From an uncultured Thiotrichales bacterium (GTDB lineage: Bacteria > Pseudomonadota > Gammaproteobacteria > UWMA-0217), in NCBI GenBank assembly GCA_964620675.1, contig CAZUJU010000015.1, forward strand, positions 449 to 64,448: DNA of 64,000 nt. Direction: 5' to 3'. Numbering within the stretch: position 1 is the first letter of the stretch; each line of letters begins with the position of its first letter. Positions 49,759 through 60,474 of the stretch are shown one piece after another. The translations under genes were made by a program, and so were the position numbers. The notes under the pieces were generated by a model that worked only from the letters and a program-made list of their open reading frames with translations, had not been told where the DNA came from and did no database searches.

Positions 49759-50769
49759 ATGCCCAGCGTTCGAATCGATCTCGTCATTCCCGGTGTGTTC
49801 GACCGCTGGTCGGAATGGCGCGGTGACTACACCGGCTTACCTGATTTCGCGCGGGTGGCCGGGTGGTGGGGCCGAGGTAAAGGTGCGGCGATCGCAGCCG
49901 TTGGCTACGAAGCGACGCTCTGGTCGCTGTTGCGCGCCCCGCTCGCGGGGGGCGAGGAATTGTCGGTGGCGCGCGCATTGAGCGGAATGAACGGAGCCAC
50001 GATATGCCGGGCTGATCCGGCCTATCTGCGCGCCGGCGTCTCGGATTTGATTGCGTACGGACTCGGATCAGCACCGCTCGACGCTGCGGAGCGCCAGGCC
50101 TGCGCCGATCGGGTCAACGCGCAACTCGGCGCACGCGGGTCGTTCCGGCTCGACGCCGCAGGCGGGGGTTATCTGGCGCTTCCCGACCCGCTGGCGTTGC
50201 GCACGGTGCCGCCCTCGCAGGCGTGGGGTCGCTCGGTGCGGCGTCACCTGCCGGAGGCGGTCGTAGGCGGCCGGTCGCTGCTTGCGCTGCTGAACGAGAT
50301 ACAAATGGCCTTGCACGGGGCCGATTTCAATCGGGCGCGCGAGCAGCGCGGCGCACCCCCTGCGAATACACTGTGGTTGTGGGGTTGCGGGACGCATCCG
50401 GCCCCGGCGCAGCATGACTACACCACGATCATCGCCGACGATGGCTTGGTGGCCGGTCTGGCGGAAGGCGCGACAATCCCGCTGGCGGACTGGTTGGCGC
50501 GACCGAATCTGCCTGGCGGTCACCTGTTGCTGGTGTGGGATGCGTTACTCACGCCAATCTGGAACGACGATCTGAATCAATGGCTCGAAACAATGCGGAT
50601 TTTTGAGACGCGGTGGCTACCGCTCTTGCGCCGACTCTTGGGTCGTGGCGCATGCGGCGAGCTGAGGATTCTGCCCTGCAATGGCGCGGTGTTTCGGCTT
50701 GGCCGTTGGGACCGCTGGTTGCGGTGGCGCGCGCCGACGACCCTGGCCGCGCTGAGTCAGCCGGAATGA
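49759..50769 (+). CDS. Conserved protein upstream of recJ (phosphoglycerate mutase-like domain)
   Basis: RADP, LLNEIQMALH..FN.AR..RG..PANTLWLWG motifs; GGAGGA RBS; stop overlaps the recJ start. Confidence 0.75.
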   Translation: MPSVRIDLVIPGVFDRWSEWRGDYTGLPDFARVAGWWGRGKGAAIAAVGYEATLWSLLRAPLAGGEELSVARALSGMNGATICRADPAYLRAGVSDLIAYGLGSAPLDAAERQACADRVNAQLGARGSFRLDAAGGGYLALPDPLALRTVPPSQAWGRSVRRHLPEAVVGGRSLLALLNEIQMALHGADFNRAREQRGAPPANTLWLWGCGTHPAPAQHDYTTIIADDGLVAGLAEGATIPLADWLARPNLPGGHLLLVWDALLTPIWNDDLNQWLETMRIFETRWLPLLRRLLGRGACGELRILPCNGAVFRLGRWDRWLRWRAPTTLAALSQPE

Positions 50770-52481
50770 CGCCGGCCCGGTATCGGCTGCGACGGCGCTC
50801 GCCGCTGGTAACGAACGGCGCGCCGCCGGGTCTGCTTGAGCGGGTGTTGCATGCGCGCGGCGTGAGCGGCGCCGACGACCTCGATTACACCCTCGCTCGC
50901 CTCGCCACGGTAACCTTGCTCACGGGCGTTGACGCTGCCGTTGAGCGCTTGGTGCGGGCGCTGGAGCGCGACGAGCGCGTGCTGGTTGTGGGCGATTTTG
51001 ACGCCGATGGCGCGACCAGTACCGCACTTGCGCTGCGCGGGTTGCGGGCGCTCGGACTGCGCCAGGTCGATTATTTGGTGCCCAATCGTTTCGAATACGG
51101 GTATGGCTTGACGCCGGAGATCGTCGCGGTGGCCCGCCGCCGCGGCCCGCATCTGATCGTGACGGTTGATAACGGCATTGCCAGCATCGACGGCGTGGCC
51201 GCGGCCAATACCGCCGGGATCGATGTCGTGATCACCGACCACCATCTGCCGGGAGAGGCGTTGCCGGCGGCGGTCGCGATCGTCAACCCGAATCAGCCGG
51301 GGGATGGGTTTCCGAGCAAGGCGCTGGCGGGCGTGGGGGTGATCTTTTATGTACTGATCGCGCTGCGACAGGCGTTGCGCGTGCGCGGCTGGTTTGGCGC
51401 GGGGGCGGAACCGAACCTGGCGCAATGGCTCGATATCGTTGCGCTGGGCACGGTGGCCGACGTGGTGCCGCTCGATTTCAATAACCGCGTGCTAGTCGAG
51501 CAAGGGTTGCGGCGCATCCGTTCCGGGCGTGCGGTCGCCGGTATCCAGGCCTTGCTGGCCGGCGCGAACCGGGATTGCCGTTACCTCGCGGCGGCGGATC
51601 TCGGGTTTGCCGTTGCGCCGCGACTGAATGCCGCGGGCCGGCTCGAGGATATGTCGCTCGGCATCGAGTGCCTGTTGACCGACGACGCCGCGGTGGCGCG
51701 TACTCTGGCGGCCCGGCTCGACGATCTCAATCAGCAGCGACGTGAGATCGAAGCCGAGATGCAAGCGCAGGCGCTGGAGATTCTCGACCGGATCCATTTC
51801 GACGCGGCCGAGCTGCCCTGGGGGTTGACGTTGTACGGTGCGGATTGGCATCAGGGGGTGATCGGCATCCTCGCCGCGCGGATACGCGAGCACGTGCATC
51901 GCCCGGTGATTGCGTTCGCCGATGCGGGTGACGGACAACTCAAGGGCTCGGCCCGCTCGGTGCCGGGGCTGCATATCCGCGATGCGCTGGATTGGGTTGC
52001 CACGCATTATCCCGGCGTCATCACGCGGTTCGGCGGACACGCGATGGCGGCCGGTCTGGCGCTCGACGCGGTGCAGCTCGGTAGGTTCACCGCGGCGTTC
52101 GATCATGCGGTACGAACTTTGCTCCCGGAAGAGCTGCTGCAACCGGAGGTCTGGTCGGACGGGATCCTGGCACCGACGGAGTTGACGCTGGATTCGGCCG
52201 AGTTGCTGGCGCGGGCGGGGCCGTGGGGGCAGGCGTTTCCGCCCCCGGTGTTCGACGGAGTGTTCGAAATTCGGCAGCGCCGGGTGCTGAAAGAGCGCCA
52301 CCTGAAGTACGTTTTGCGGCCGGCGCAACAGACGCTCGAACTCGATGCGATCATATTCAACGTCGAGCCGTCGGCGTGGCCCGACCCCGGAGAAACGATG
52401 CATATCGCCTATCGGCTAGAGGTCAATCGCTTCAACGATTCCAGCAGTTTGCAACTGATGATCCAGCACCGCTTTGATTGA
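50766..52481 (+). CDS. recJ: ssDNA-specific exonuclease RecJ
   Basis: GDFDADG, TVDNG, TDHH, PRLNAAGR and GGHAMAAG motifs. Confidence 0.97.
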   Translation: MTPARYRLRRRSPLVTNGAPPGLLERVLHARGVSGADDLDYTLARLATVTLLTGVDAAVERLVRALERDERVLVVGDFDADGATSTALALRGLRALGLRQVDYLVPNRFEYGYGLTPEIVAVARRRGPHLIVTVDNGIASIDGVAAANTAGIDVVITDHHLPGEALPAAVAIVNPNQPGDGFPSKALAGVGVIFYVLIALRQALRVRGWFGAGAEPNLAQWLDIVALGTVADVVPLDFNNRVLVEQGLRRIRSGRAVAGIQALLAGANRDCRYLAAADLGFAVAPRLNAAGRLEDMSLGIECLLTDDAAVARTLAARLDDLNQQRREIEAEMQAQALEILDRIHFDAAELPWGLTLYGADWHQGVIGILAARIREHVHRPVIAFADAGDGQLKGSARSVPGLHIRDALDWVATHYPGVITRFGGHAMAAGLALDAVQLGRFTAAFDHAVRTLLPEELLQPEVWSDGILAPTELTLDSAELLARAGPWGQAFPPPVFDGVFEIRQRRVLKERHLKYVLRPAQQTLELDAIIFNVEPSAWPDPGETMHIAYRLEVNRFNDSSSLQLMIQHRFD

Positions 52482-52589
52482 ACCGCGGTGCTCACAATGT
52501 AGGCGGCACGAAGATCGGCCTTAACTTGTCGGGTCAACGGCAATCAGGGCTGAGAATCAGGTAATATCGGCACTTTTTCGGGCGTGACC

Positions 52590-53685
52590 ATGGAACTTAA
52601 TCCGCTATACAACCAAATCGAAGACCTGCAGGGGCGAATCGCGTCCCTGAGGGGGTATCTTTGACTTCGATAGCAAGGTCGAACAACTAGAGGAGGTCTC
52701 GCGCGAACTTGAGGCGCCGGATCTCTGGAACAACCCCGAGCGGGCGCAGTCGCTCGGACAGCAACGCGCCAAGCTTGAGGCGGTTGTCAACGTGATCCTG
52801 CGACTAGATACCGGATTGCGCGACACGCGCGAGCTGCTCGAACTATCGGAGGCAGAAGCCGATGAGGCCGGAGTTCAGGCGGTCCAGACCGATCTCGATA
52901 AATTCCAGGCCGAGGTCGAGAAATTGGAGTTTCGCCGCATGTTCGCCGGCGAGATGGACGCCCACAACGCGTATGTTGACGTACAGGCCGGCTCCGGTGG
53001 CACCGAGGCGCAGGACTGGGCGGAGATGTTGTTGCGCATGTATCTGCGCTGGGGCGAGGCGCACGGTTTCCACACCGAGTTGATCGAGGTCTCGCCGGGC
53101 GAGGTCGCCGGAATCAAGAGCGCAACCATCCTGTTCTCGGGCGAGTACGCCTTCGGCTGGATGCGCACCGAAACCGGCGTCCACCGCCTGGTGCGTAAAT
53201 CGCCCTACGACTCCGGTAACCGCCGCCATACCTCGTTCGCCGCGGTATTTGTTTCGCCGGAAATCGACGATGACATCGAGATTGACATCAACCCTGCCGA
53301 TCTGCGGGTGGATGTCTATCGTGCCAGCGGCGCCGGCGGGCAGCACGTCAACCGGACCGAATCGGCGGTGCGGATTACCCACCTCCCGTCCGGCGTCGTC
53401 ACCCAATGCCAAAATGACCGCTCGCAGCACAAGAACCGCGACACGGCAATGAAGCAGCTCAAGGCCAAGCTCTACGAACTGGAGGTGCAAAAGCGCAATG
53501 CCAGCCAGCAGGCGATCGAGGACACCAAATCCGACATCGGCTGGGGCAGCCAGATTCGCTCCTATGTGCTCGATCAGTCGCGGATCAAAGATCTGCGTAC
53601 CGGGGTTGAAACCGCGAACACGCGCGCGGTGCTGGATGGTGATCTGGATCAATTCATCGAGGCCAGCCTCAAAAGCGGCCTGTAA
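52590..53685 (+). CDS. prfB: Peptide chain release factor 2 (programmed +1 frameshift at codon 24)
   Basis: ATG at 52590; AGGGGGTAT-CTT-TGA-C; GGQ motif; SPY at the SPF position. Confidence 0.97.
52650..52665 (+). other. prfB +1 frameshift signal (internal SD plus CTT TGA C)
   Basis: AGGGGGTATCTTTGAC. Confidence 0.95.
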
Positions 53686-53735
53686 GCGACTACCGAACAG
53701 TGTGGCGTAAACCTCAAGGAAACCAGCGAGCAGTT

Positions 53736-55241
53736 ATGAACGATCAACCGGACGTCCCAGCGCAAGAGGAGCACAAGCTGCTTGCGGAGCGGCGCGATAA
53801 ACTCAAGCGCCTGCGCGAAAACGGCGTCGCGTTCCCGAACGACTTTCGGCGTAACGTGATGGCGGGCGAACTCCAGGCGGAATACGCGGAGAAGCCCGCT
53901 GAATTCTTCACGGGCGCGCCGGTTCGGGTCGCCGTGGCCGGACGGATGATGGCCAAGCGCGTGATGGGCAAGGCGAGTTTCGCGTCGTTGCTCGATATGT
54001 CCGGCCGAATCCAAATCTATGTTCAGCGCGATGCGTTGCCCGAGGGTGTTTACGCCGAGTTCAAGACCTGGGATGTCGGCGACATTTTGGGCGCCGAGGG
54101 CACGCTGTTCCGAACGCAGAAAGGCGAGTTGAGCGTCCATGTCGACGGTTTACGCTTGTTGACCAAATCGCTGCGGCCGCTGCCGGAGAAGTTTCACGGT
54201 CTGACCGATACTGAGCAACGTTATCGGCAACGTTACCTTGATCTCATCATGAACGAGCCGGTGCGCGAGACCTTCCGGGTCCGGACCCGGGTCGTCAACT
54301 TCATCCGCGACTATCTGAACGAACGCGGATTTCTCGAAGTCGAAACGCCGATGATGCAAGTGATTCCTGGCGGCGCCACGGCACGGCCGTTCGTCACCTT
54401 CCACAACGCGCTGGATATGGCGCTCTACCTGCGCGTCGCGCCGGAGCTTTATCTCAAGCGCTTGGTGGTCGGCGGTTTTGAGCGGGTCTATGAGATCAAT
54501 CGCAATTTTCGGAATGAGGGTCTGTCCACCCGGCACAATCCCGAGTTCACGATGCTCGAATTCTACGAGGCCTATGCCACGTACTTCGACCTGATGGATC
54601 TGACCGAGGATCTGCTGCGCAAGCTGACCCAGGCGGTGATCGGTACGATGACCGTGAGTTATCAAGGCCGCGAGTACGATTTCGCCAAACCCTTCGCCCG
54701 GATGAGCGTCAGGGACTCGATCCTGCACTTCAATCCTGATGTGCGCGCGGATGAACTCGACGACCTCGATCATGCGCGGGCGTTGGCAGCGCGTCTCGGC
54801 ATCCCGCTCAAGCCCGCTTATGGACTCGGCAAGGTGCAGATCGAGATCTTTGAAAAAACCGTCGAACCACGCTTGCTGGACCCGACCTTCATTACCGCCT
54901 ATCCGGCCGAAGTCTCGCCATTGGCGCGACGTAACGATGCCGATCCGTTCGTCACCGACCGCTTCGAGTTTTTCGTCGGCGGGCGCGAAATCGCGAACGG
55001 CTTTTCGGAGCTGAACGATTACGAGGACCAGGCTGAACGCTTTCGCCGGCAGGTTGCGGAAAAGGAGGCAGGTGACGAGGAGGCGATGCACTTCGACGCG
55101 GATTACGTCCGCGCGCTGGAACATGGCATGCCGCCGACCGCGGGCGAGGGCATTGGGATCGACCGGCTGGTGATGTTGCTGACCGACTCGCCGTCAATCC
55201 GCGATGTATTGCTGTTTCCGCATATGCGGCCGGAGGGGTAG
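53736..55241 (+). CDS. lysS: Lysine--tRNA ligase (class II)
   Basis: [26 protein letters not shown] and GEGIGIDRL motifs. Confidence 0.97.
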   Translation: MNDQPDVPAQEEHKLLAERRDKLKRLRENGVAFPNDFRRNVMAGELQAEYAEKPAEFFTGAPVRVAVAGRMMAKRVMGKASFASLLDMSGRIQIYVQRDALPEGVYAEFKTWDVGDILGAEGTLFRTQKGELSVHVDGLRLLTKSLRPLPEKFHGLTDTEQRYRQRYLDLIMNEPVRETFRVRTRVVNFIRDYLNERGFLEVETPMMQVIPGGATARPFVTFHNALDMALYLRVAPELYLKRLVVGGFERVYEINRNFRNEGLSTRHNPEFTMLEFYEAYATYFDLMDLTEDLLRKLTQAVIGTMTVSYQGREYDFAKPFARMSVRDSILHFNPDVRADELDDLDHARALAARLGIPLKPAYGLGKVQIEIFEKTVEPRLLDPTFITAYPAEVSPLARRNDADPFVTDRFEFFVGGREIANGFSELNDYEDQAERFRRQVAEKEAGDEEAMHFDADYVRALEHGMPPTAGEGIGIDRLVMLLTDSPSIRDVLLFPHMRPEG

Positions 55242-55716
55242 AGGCGCGCGCATGAAGAATACGTGGGCATTACAGTGCTGAAGTAAAAAATGACGGCCTG
55301 TTCGGCCGCTCTTTAACGTAGTGTTGGCGCCAAAGCGTTCGGGTTGGCGATCGCTTGCGACGATGTAAGAAAGTCGTGGGCGATCGAGGGTATTGACTGG
55401 CCGTAGAGTGGAACGAACCAGCCGACGCGCGGGTCGTTGGGTGGCCAAACACGCCTTATATGTCCATGATTTCTCGAAACTCCCGGTGTCAGTGAGTGAT
55501 TATGTGACGAATTCCAGCTAAAATCGTGAGATCGTCGATTGGACGGCTAGGTGCGGTCAATGCGATAACCGGGGGCGGGTGCATGCCGCGCTCTGGTGCA
55601 TATGTCTAAGGGGAGTTGGAGTATTGACCGCCCGCGTGGACATGTTCCGCATGGCGGGCGACATATCCAGGAGCCTGGTAATCGCCTTGCCGATGTCCCC
55701 CAGCCAGGAGATCGAG

Positions 55717-56409
55717 ATGCCCCATTTCAAGTTGCGCGAGTATCTGCCGCGTATCCCATTGTTCTCGGAATTGCCTGCGGAAGACCTGGATACCGTTACG
55801 CAAGCGGCCCACATACGCGAGGCCGAGCGCAATGAGATCTTGTTTCTGAGCGGCGAGAAGCCGGACGGGATGTATCTGGTCCTCGACGGTCAAGTCAAAT
55901 TGTCATTGACCAGTCCGAGCGGTGCGGAAAAGATCGTCGATATCATGGGTGTGGGGACCAGTTTCGCCGAGGCGCTGATGTTCTACGATCGACCAAGTCC
56001 AGTCACGGCGCAGGCGGTCAAAAAATCGCTGCTTGCGTTTATTCCGGCGCGCGTGATTCTGGGGGAGATTAATCGCTCCGATCAGTTCACCCGGCGCATG
56101 CTCGCGGGGCTCTCGGCGAGGTTGCATCACGTGATCGCCGATATGGAGGCGTTTTGCCTTCAATCGTCGACCCAGCGGGTGATCGGCGTACTATTGAGCG
56201 AGACACAGGATCAACCGGGCGCTGGTGTGCGCCGCACGGTACACCTGCCGGCGAACAAAAACCTGATCGCGTCACGACTCAATCTGACCCCCGAGACCTT
56301 CTCGCGCGCCTTGCACGAACTGGCCGAGGAAGGATTGATCAAGTCGACCGGTAAGGAGATCACGATCCTGGACCTCGATCGACTCAAACGATTCGGCCAG
56401 ATGGTTTAA
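55717..56409 (+). CDS. dnr: Crp/Fnr family regulator, DNR-type (NO-responsive)
   Basis: SFAEALMF; IASRLNLTPETFSR HTH; no FNR Cys cluster; adjacent to the nir genes; CAGGAG RBS. Confidence 0.8.
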   Translation: MPHFKLREYLPRIPLFSELPAEDLDTVTQAAHIREAERNEILFLSGEKPDGMYLVLDGQVKLSLTSPSGAEKIVDIMGVGTSFAEALMFYDRPSPVTAQAVKKSLLAFIPARVILGEINRSDQFTRRMLAGLSARLHHVIADMEAFCLQSSTQRVIGVLLSETQDQPGAGVRRTVHLPANKNLIASRLNLTPETFSRALHELAEEGLIKSTGKEITILDLDRLKRFGQMV

Positions 56410-56467
56410 GTCGCAACGCGACGACCGCCGGCCCCGGCGCGCCCCAACGGTTGTCGCCGCGCCAAGA

Positions 56468-58027
56468 TCAGTGGCTCGTGCCCTCCGACAGCCGTGTTTT
56501 GTTCCAGACGTTGTATTTACCCACCGGGCGCTTCATCGGTAGCCGTTTGACCTCTTCCAACGTTTTGGCGTCGTAGATCACCAGCGCGCCGTCGTGTTCC
56601 CAGATCGATACCAGCGCGTATTTGCCATAGCGGTCGAATTCGACGTGGGTCGACGTCTTGCCGGGCTCCGGGCGGAGCACCTTGACCACTTCCAGCGTAC
56701 GTTTGTCGATCACCAGCATCGCGTCTTTTTCCGGACCCGAGAACACGTCGGCCCAGGCGTAGGGCGTTTCCTCGTGACTGCGCAGGAAGAATCCAGGCCC
56801 CAGCGTCGGGATGGTTTTAACCGTCTTCCAGGTCTTGAGGTCGATCACCGTGATCTGGTTATCCTTGAGGTTCGGGCTGGCCATCACGCGCTTGCCGTCG
56901 TAGTCAAAAGTGATGCCGGAGCCGAGGTGTGGCATTCCGGTCAGTTCGAGATCGGCCAGTTTGCGCCGGCCTGGCAGGAACACAACCTGACCTTTCGGGC
57001 TGCTGCGCGAGGCGCCCAGCAGGTAGGTGTAGCTCTGGTCAAAGAAGAAATCGTCCAGGTAGTCCTCCAGTTCGGTCTTGCGGATCGGGAGCGGACCGGG
57101 TGCTTCAATCGCTTCCTTGTACTGGTGGTCGTGCACCAGGCCGGTGTAGACCGGGCCGCCTTTTTCCTTGTCATAGACGATTTCCCAGACTTCGGGAATG
57201 TCCTTGAGCGCGGCGATGAAGCTGCCGCGGGGGCGGGCGTCGTAGACCGCGGAGACCCGCGAGCCCTTGCCATTCTTGTCCTGCACCGGGATGACCTTGA
57301 CTAACGAGAGGTCGTCGGCGTCTAGCGCGACCAGCGCGTTGGGCAGGTAGTTCGCGACCATCACGACCTTGCCGTCGGATGAAACGGCGAGATTGCGGGT
57401 GTTGATGCCGGCGCGGATTTCGGCCACGACCTTGAGGTTCAACAGGTCGTATTTGGTGATCCAGCCGTCGCGCGAGGCCCAGTAGACGTAGTGACCATCG
57501 GGGGTGAATTTCGGTCCGCCATGGAGCGAATGGCGGGTTTCGAAGCGGTGAAAGGGTTCCATCTTGTCCCCGTCGAGCACGGTGATGTGGTTATCGCCGT
57601 GTTCGACCACCAGCGTGACATTGAGCGGATCGGCCTCAAACACCGGCTTGAGCGGCAGTCGCAGATTCTCCTTGTGCACGATATGCGACCTACGAATGTC
57701 GGCCTCGTCCCACTTCGGCGGATGGGTCGGCGGGGTGTAGATCCACTCGGCGAGCGCCTTCATTTCGGCCTCGCTCAGTTTATCCTTGAAGCCCGGCATC
57801 TGGGTGGCGGGCAGGCCGTCGGCGATCGCGGCGTAGGCGGCGTCTTTCTTCAGCCGGTGCAGATTGTCGGGGAGCAATACCGGACCCCAGCCGCCGAGGC
57901 GCTCGGGGCCGTGGCAGGCGGCGCAATATTGGAGGTAATTGTCCTTGACGTCGCCGGGCGAGGGGGTCGCGGCGAGGGCCGGTGTGACCAGGCTGGCGAG
58001 GAGGAGCGGTAGCAGAGTTGTTCTCAT
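56468..58027 (-). CDS. nirN: Dihydro-heme d1 dehydrogenase NirN (cytochrome c plus d1 beta-propeller)
   Basis: CAACH, HGGPKF, GMPHLGSG, GFFLRSHE and GKYNVWNK motifs. Confidence 0.92.
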   Translation of the reverse strand: MRTTLLPLLLASLVTPALAATPSPGDVKDNYLQYCAACHGPERLGGWGPVLLPDNLHRLKKDAAYAAIADGLPATQMPGFKDKLSEAEMKALAEWIYTPPTHPPKWDEADIRRSHIVHKENLRLPLKPVFEADPLNVTLVVEHGDNHITVLDGDKMEPFHRFETRHSLHGGPKFTPDGHYVYWASRDGWITKYDLLNLKVVAEIRAGINTRNLAVSSDGKVVMVANYLPNALVALDADDLSLVKVIPVQDKNGKGSRVSAVYDARPRGSFIAALKDIPEVWEIVYDKEKGGPVYTGLVHDHQYKEAIEAPGPLPIRKTELEDYLDDFFFDQSYTYLLGASRSSPKGQVVFLPGRRKLADLELTGMPHLGSGITFDYDGKRVMASPNLKDNQITVIDLKTWKTVKTIPTLGPGFFLRSHEETPYAWADVFSGPEKDAMLVIDKRTLEVVKVLRPEPGKTSTHVEFDRYGKYALVSIWEHDGALVIYDAKTLEEVKRLPMKRPVGKYNVWNKTRLSEGTSH

Positions 58028-58037
58028 GGGGAATGTC

Positions 58038-59420
58038 TCAAGGTAGGCCGATCGGCGGCGTAGTGCGCGTTTGCCGGGTTGGTCGCGCGAGGGGGCTTTC
58101 CATCAGGCGATGGGGTTCGTCGCGCTGTGCGGCATTGGGCGCGGCGAGACCGATTTCTCTGTCGTCGAGGTAGCAGGCGGGGTCCTCGGCCCAGGGGTCA
58201 CCGGTCAGCTGCATCGCGCGCACCCGGGTATTGCCGTTGCAGATGTCGAGGTAGGCGCAGGCACCGCAGCGTCCGCCGACCGGGCGGGGATGTTGCTTGA
58301 GCCCGGCGAGGATCGGGTCGGACAGATCGGTCCAGATCGTGCTGAACGGGCGCTCCCGTACATTGCCGAGGGTGTAGTGCCACCACATGGTGTCGGGGTG
58401 GACGTTGCCAAGGTTATCGATGTTGGCGATGTTGACCCCGGAACTGTTGCCGCCCCATTGCGTGAGTTTCTGGCGCAGATGTGCGACGCGCTCGGGAAAG
58501 CGGCGTTCGGCCCAGTGCAGCAGGTACACCCCGTCGGCATCGTTGTTCCCGGTTACGAATTCGCGCGGGTCGCCATCGCGTTCATGTTTGAGCGCGGTTT
58601 CGAACAGGAGATCGAGTGCCCAGCGGGTGGTGTTGAGGAACACATCGCTCTTGCGATTGCGGTTGCCGCGGCCGGCGTAGTTGAGGTGCGAGAAATAGAA
58701 CTTCTCGACACCTTCGCTTTCCATCAGTTCCAGCAACTGCGGCAGCTCGGCCGCGTTGTCCTGGGTCATCGTAAAGCGTAATCCTACCTTGATCCCATGC
58801 GCGCGGCATAGGCGCAGGCCGCGCAGCGAGGCGTCGAACGCACCGGCCTGGTGGCGGAAGCGGTCGTGGGTTTCGCGGATGCCGTCGATGCTGATACCGA
58901 CGTAGTCGTAGCCGACCGCCGCGATCTCGGCAATGTTGCTGGCGTCGATCAGAGTGCCGTTGGTCGACAGCCCGACATAAAAACCCTTCGCCTTGGCGCG
59001 TTGCGAAATCGCGAAAATGTCCGGCCGCAGCAGCGGCTCGCCACCCGACAGAATCAGCACCGGGACGCCGAACGTCTTCAGGTCGGCCATCACCGAATAG
59101 ATCTCGTCGGTCGCCAACTCGCCGGGAAAGTCATGATCGGCCGAGATCGAGTAGCAGTGTTTGCAGGCGAGATTGCAGCGCCGCACCAGGTTCCAGATCA
59201 CCACCGGGCCGCCTGCTGCGGACGCCCCTGGACGCGGTGTCCTGCGTTGCAAGAGGCCCGAAATCGGGTCATGTAGGCCGGCTACACTCCCCGATTTCGG
59301 GCCTCTCGCGCCTTGTTCACCACGCCCAGGATCGCCCTCGCGACGATCGGGGATATTGTCACAGGCTCTGAGCGGGGTTGGATGAACCAGCTCGCGCAGG
59401 TATTGGGAAATACGGAACAT
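58038..59420 (-). CDS. nirJ: Heme d1 biosynthesis radical SAM protein NirJ, with an N-terminal insertion
   Basis: MFRISQY; VVIWNL.RRCNLACKHCY; SPASM-type Cys; DPACYL. Confidence 0.94.
   Translation of the reverse strand: MFRISQYLRELVHPTPLRACDNIPDRREGDPGRGEQGARGPKSGSVAGLHDPISGLLQRRTPRPGASAAGGPVVIWNLVRRCNLACKHCYSISADHDFPGELATDEIYSVMADLKTFGVPVLILSGGEPLLRPDIFAISQRAKAKGFYVGLSTNGTLIDASNIAEIAAVGYDYVGISIDGIRETHDRFRHQAGAFDASLRGLRLCRAHGIKVGLRFTMTQDNAAELPQLLELMESEGVEKFYFSHLNYAGRGNRNRKSDVFLNTTRWALDLLFETALKHERDGDPREFVTGNNDADGVYLLHWAERRFPERVAHLRQKLTQWGGNSSGVNIANIDNLGNVHPDTMWWHYTLGNVRERPFSTIWTDLSDPILAGLKQHPRPVGGRCGACAYLDICNGNTRVRAMQLTGDPWAEDPACYLDDREIGLAAPNAAQRDEPHRLMESPLARPTRQTRTTPPIGLP
59227..59369. repeat. 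Palindromic MITE/REP-like element inserted in frame in nirJ
   Basis: GAGGCCCGAAATCGGG...CCCGATTTCGGGCCTC core with outer arms; its terminal ~30 nt match 63067-63097. Confidence 0.7.
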
Positions 59421-59434
59421 GGGGGTTGATCTCC

Positions 59435-60001
59435 TCAGTCGGTGAGCCGAAGTCCGGTTTTTTTCAGGATTCGGGTGCTGAACAGGACGTCATGGGCACG
59501 AAGCCTGGACCCAAGTAGGCGCGCGATTTCGTCGACCTGCGCGGTGACCGCGTCACGGGTCCGGCCGTGGACCATCGCAAATAGGTTGTAGGGCCACAGC
59601 GGCAATGCGCGCGGGCGTTCGTAGCAGTGACTGACGTAGGGCAGGGCACCGATCAGCGCACCCGCGGCGGCGATGTCGGCGTCTTCGACGTCCCACACGC
59701 TCATGCCATTGCCGCGGTAGCCGAGCGCGTAGTGATTCGGCACGGCGCCGATGCGGCGGATGACGCCGTGCTCAAGCATCCGCCGCAGACGGCGTTGCAC
59801 CTCGGCGGGTTCGAGTCCCAGGGCGGTGGCAACTCGTGCGTAAGGTTCGGGCACCAGCGGCAGGCCACTCTGGGTCGCGCGGATCAGCGCACGATCGATC
59901 GAGTCGGGCAGCGCGGGAATTGATTGGGTCGCGGCGTCGGTGGCCGCGTTCGGTGCCGATACCGCTGTAGCACCGAGCGGATCCGGGTCACGCGAACTCA
60001 C
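59435..60001 (-). CDS. nirH: Siroheme decarboxylase subunit NirH
   Basis: GVIRRIGAVPNHYALG..NGMSVWD and WPYNLFAMVHG motifs; GTGA overlap with the nirG stop. Confidence 0.88.
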   Translation of the reverse strand: MSSRDPDPLGATAVSAPNAATDAATQSIPALPDSIDRALIRATQSGLPLVPEPYARVATALGLEPAEVQRRLRRMLEHGVIRRIGAVPNHYALGYRGNGMSVWDVEDADIAAAGALIGALPYVSHCYERPRALPLWPYNLFAMVHGRTRDAVTAQVDEIARLLGSRLRAHDVLFSTRILKKTGLRLTD

Positions 60002-60474
60002 GCCTCGAACCTCAAGCCGACGAAGAACTCCCGCAACTTCGGAAAATCGTAGACCTTGAGTCCGGTCTGCGTCTCGATGGCCGCAAGCACTTCGCCGATA
60101 CGCCCAGGTGACTCGGTGCCGACGACGAACCACATATTCAATTGATGTTCCCGCGCGTAGTTGTGGGCAACTTCCGGATAGGCGTTGACCTGCGCGGCAA
60201 CTGCTTCGAAGCGTTCCGCTGGGACTTGCAATGCGCACAGACTAAAGGCACCGCCGATGCGATCGGCGTTGTACATCGGGCCGAAGCGCGACAGTACGCC
60301 CCGGTCGAGCAGCGTCGCGAGCCGCTCGATCAGAGTCGCTTCTCCGAGCTCGAGCGCGGCGCCGGCGACTTCGAACGGCCGATCGCACAGCGGGAAGCCA
60401 CCCTGCAAGGCGTTGATGATCGCGCGGTCGGTCGCGTCGAGCGCGATCGGTTCAGAAGCTTGCGTCCGCGACAT
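59998..60474 (-). CDS. nirG: Siroheme decarboxylase subunit NirG
   Basis: LSRFGPMY and VAHNYAREH.LNMWFV motifs. Confidence 0.88.
   Translation of the reverse strand: MSRTQASEPIALDATDRAIINALQGGFPLCDRPFEVAGAALELGEATLIERLATLLDRGVLSRFGPMYNADRIGGAFSLCALQVPAERFEAVAAQVNAYPEVAHNYAREHQLNMWFVVGTESPGRIGEVLAAIETQTGLKVYDFPKLREFFVGLRFEA

Noticed and set aside
52590-52665. In-frame TGA early in prfB suggesting a pseudogene
   Set aside because: It is the canonical programmed +1 frameshift (SD plus CTT TGA C)
55242-55716. Intergenic region upstream of dnr, searched for FNR/DNR boxes or an sRNA
   Set aside because: No TTGAT-N4-ATCAA match or clear terminator seen
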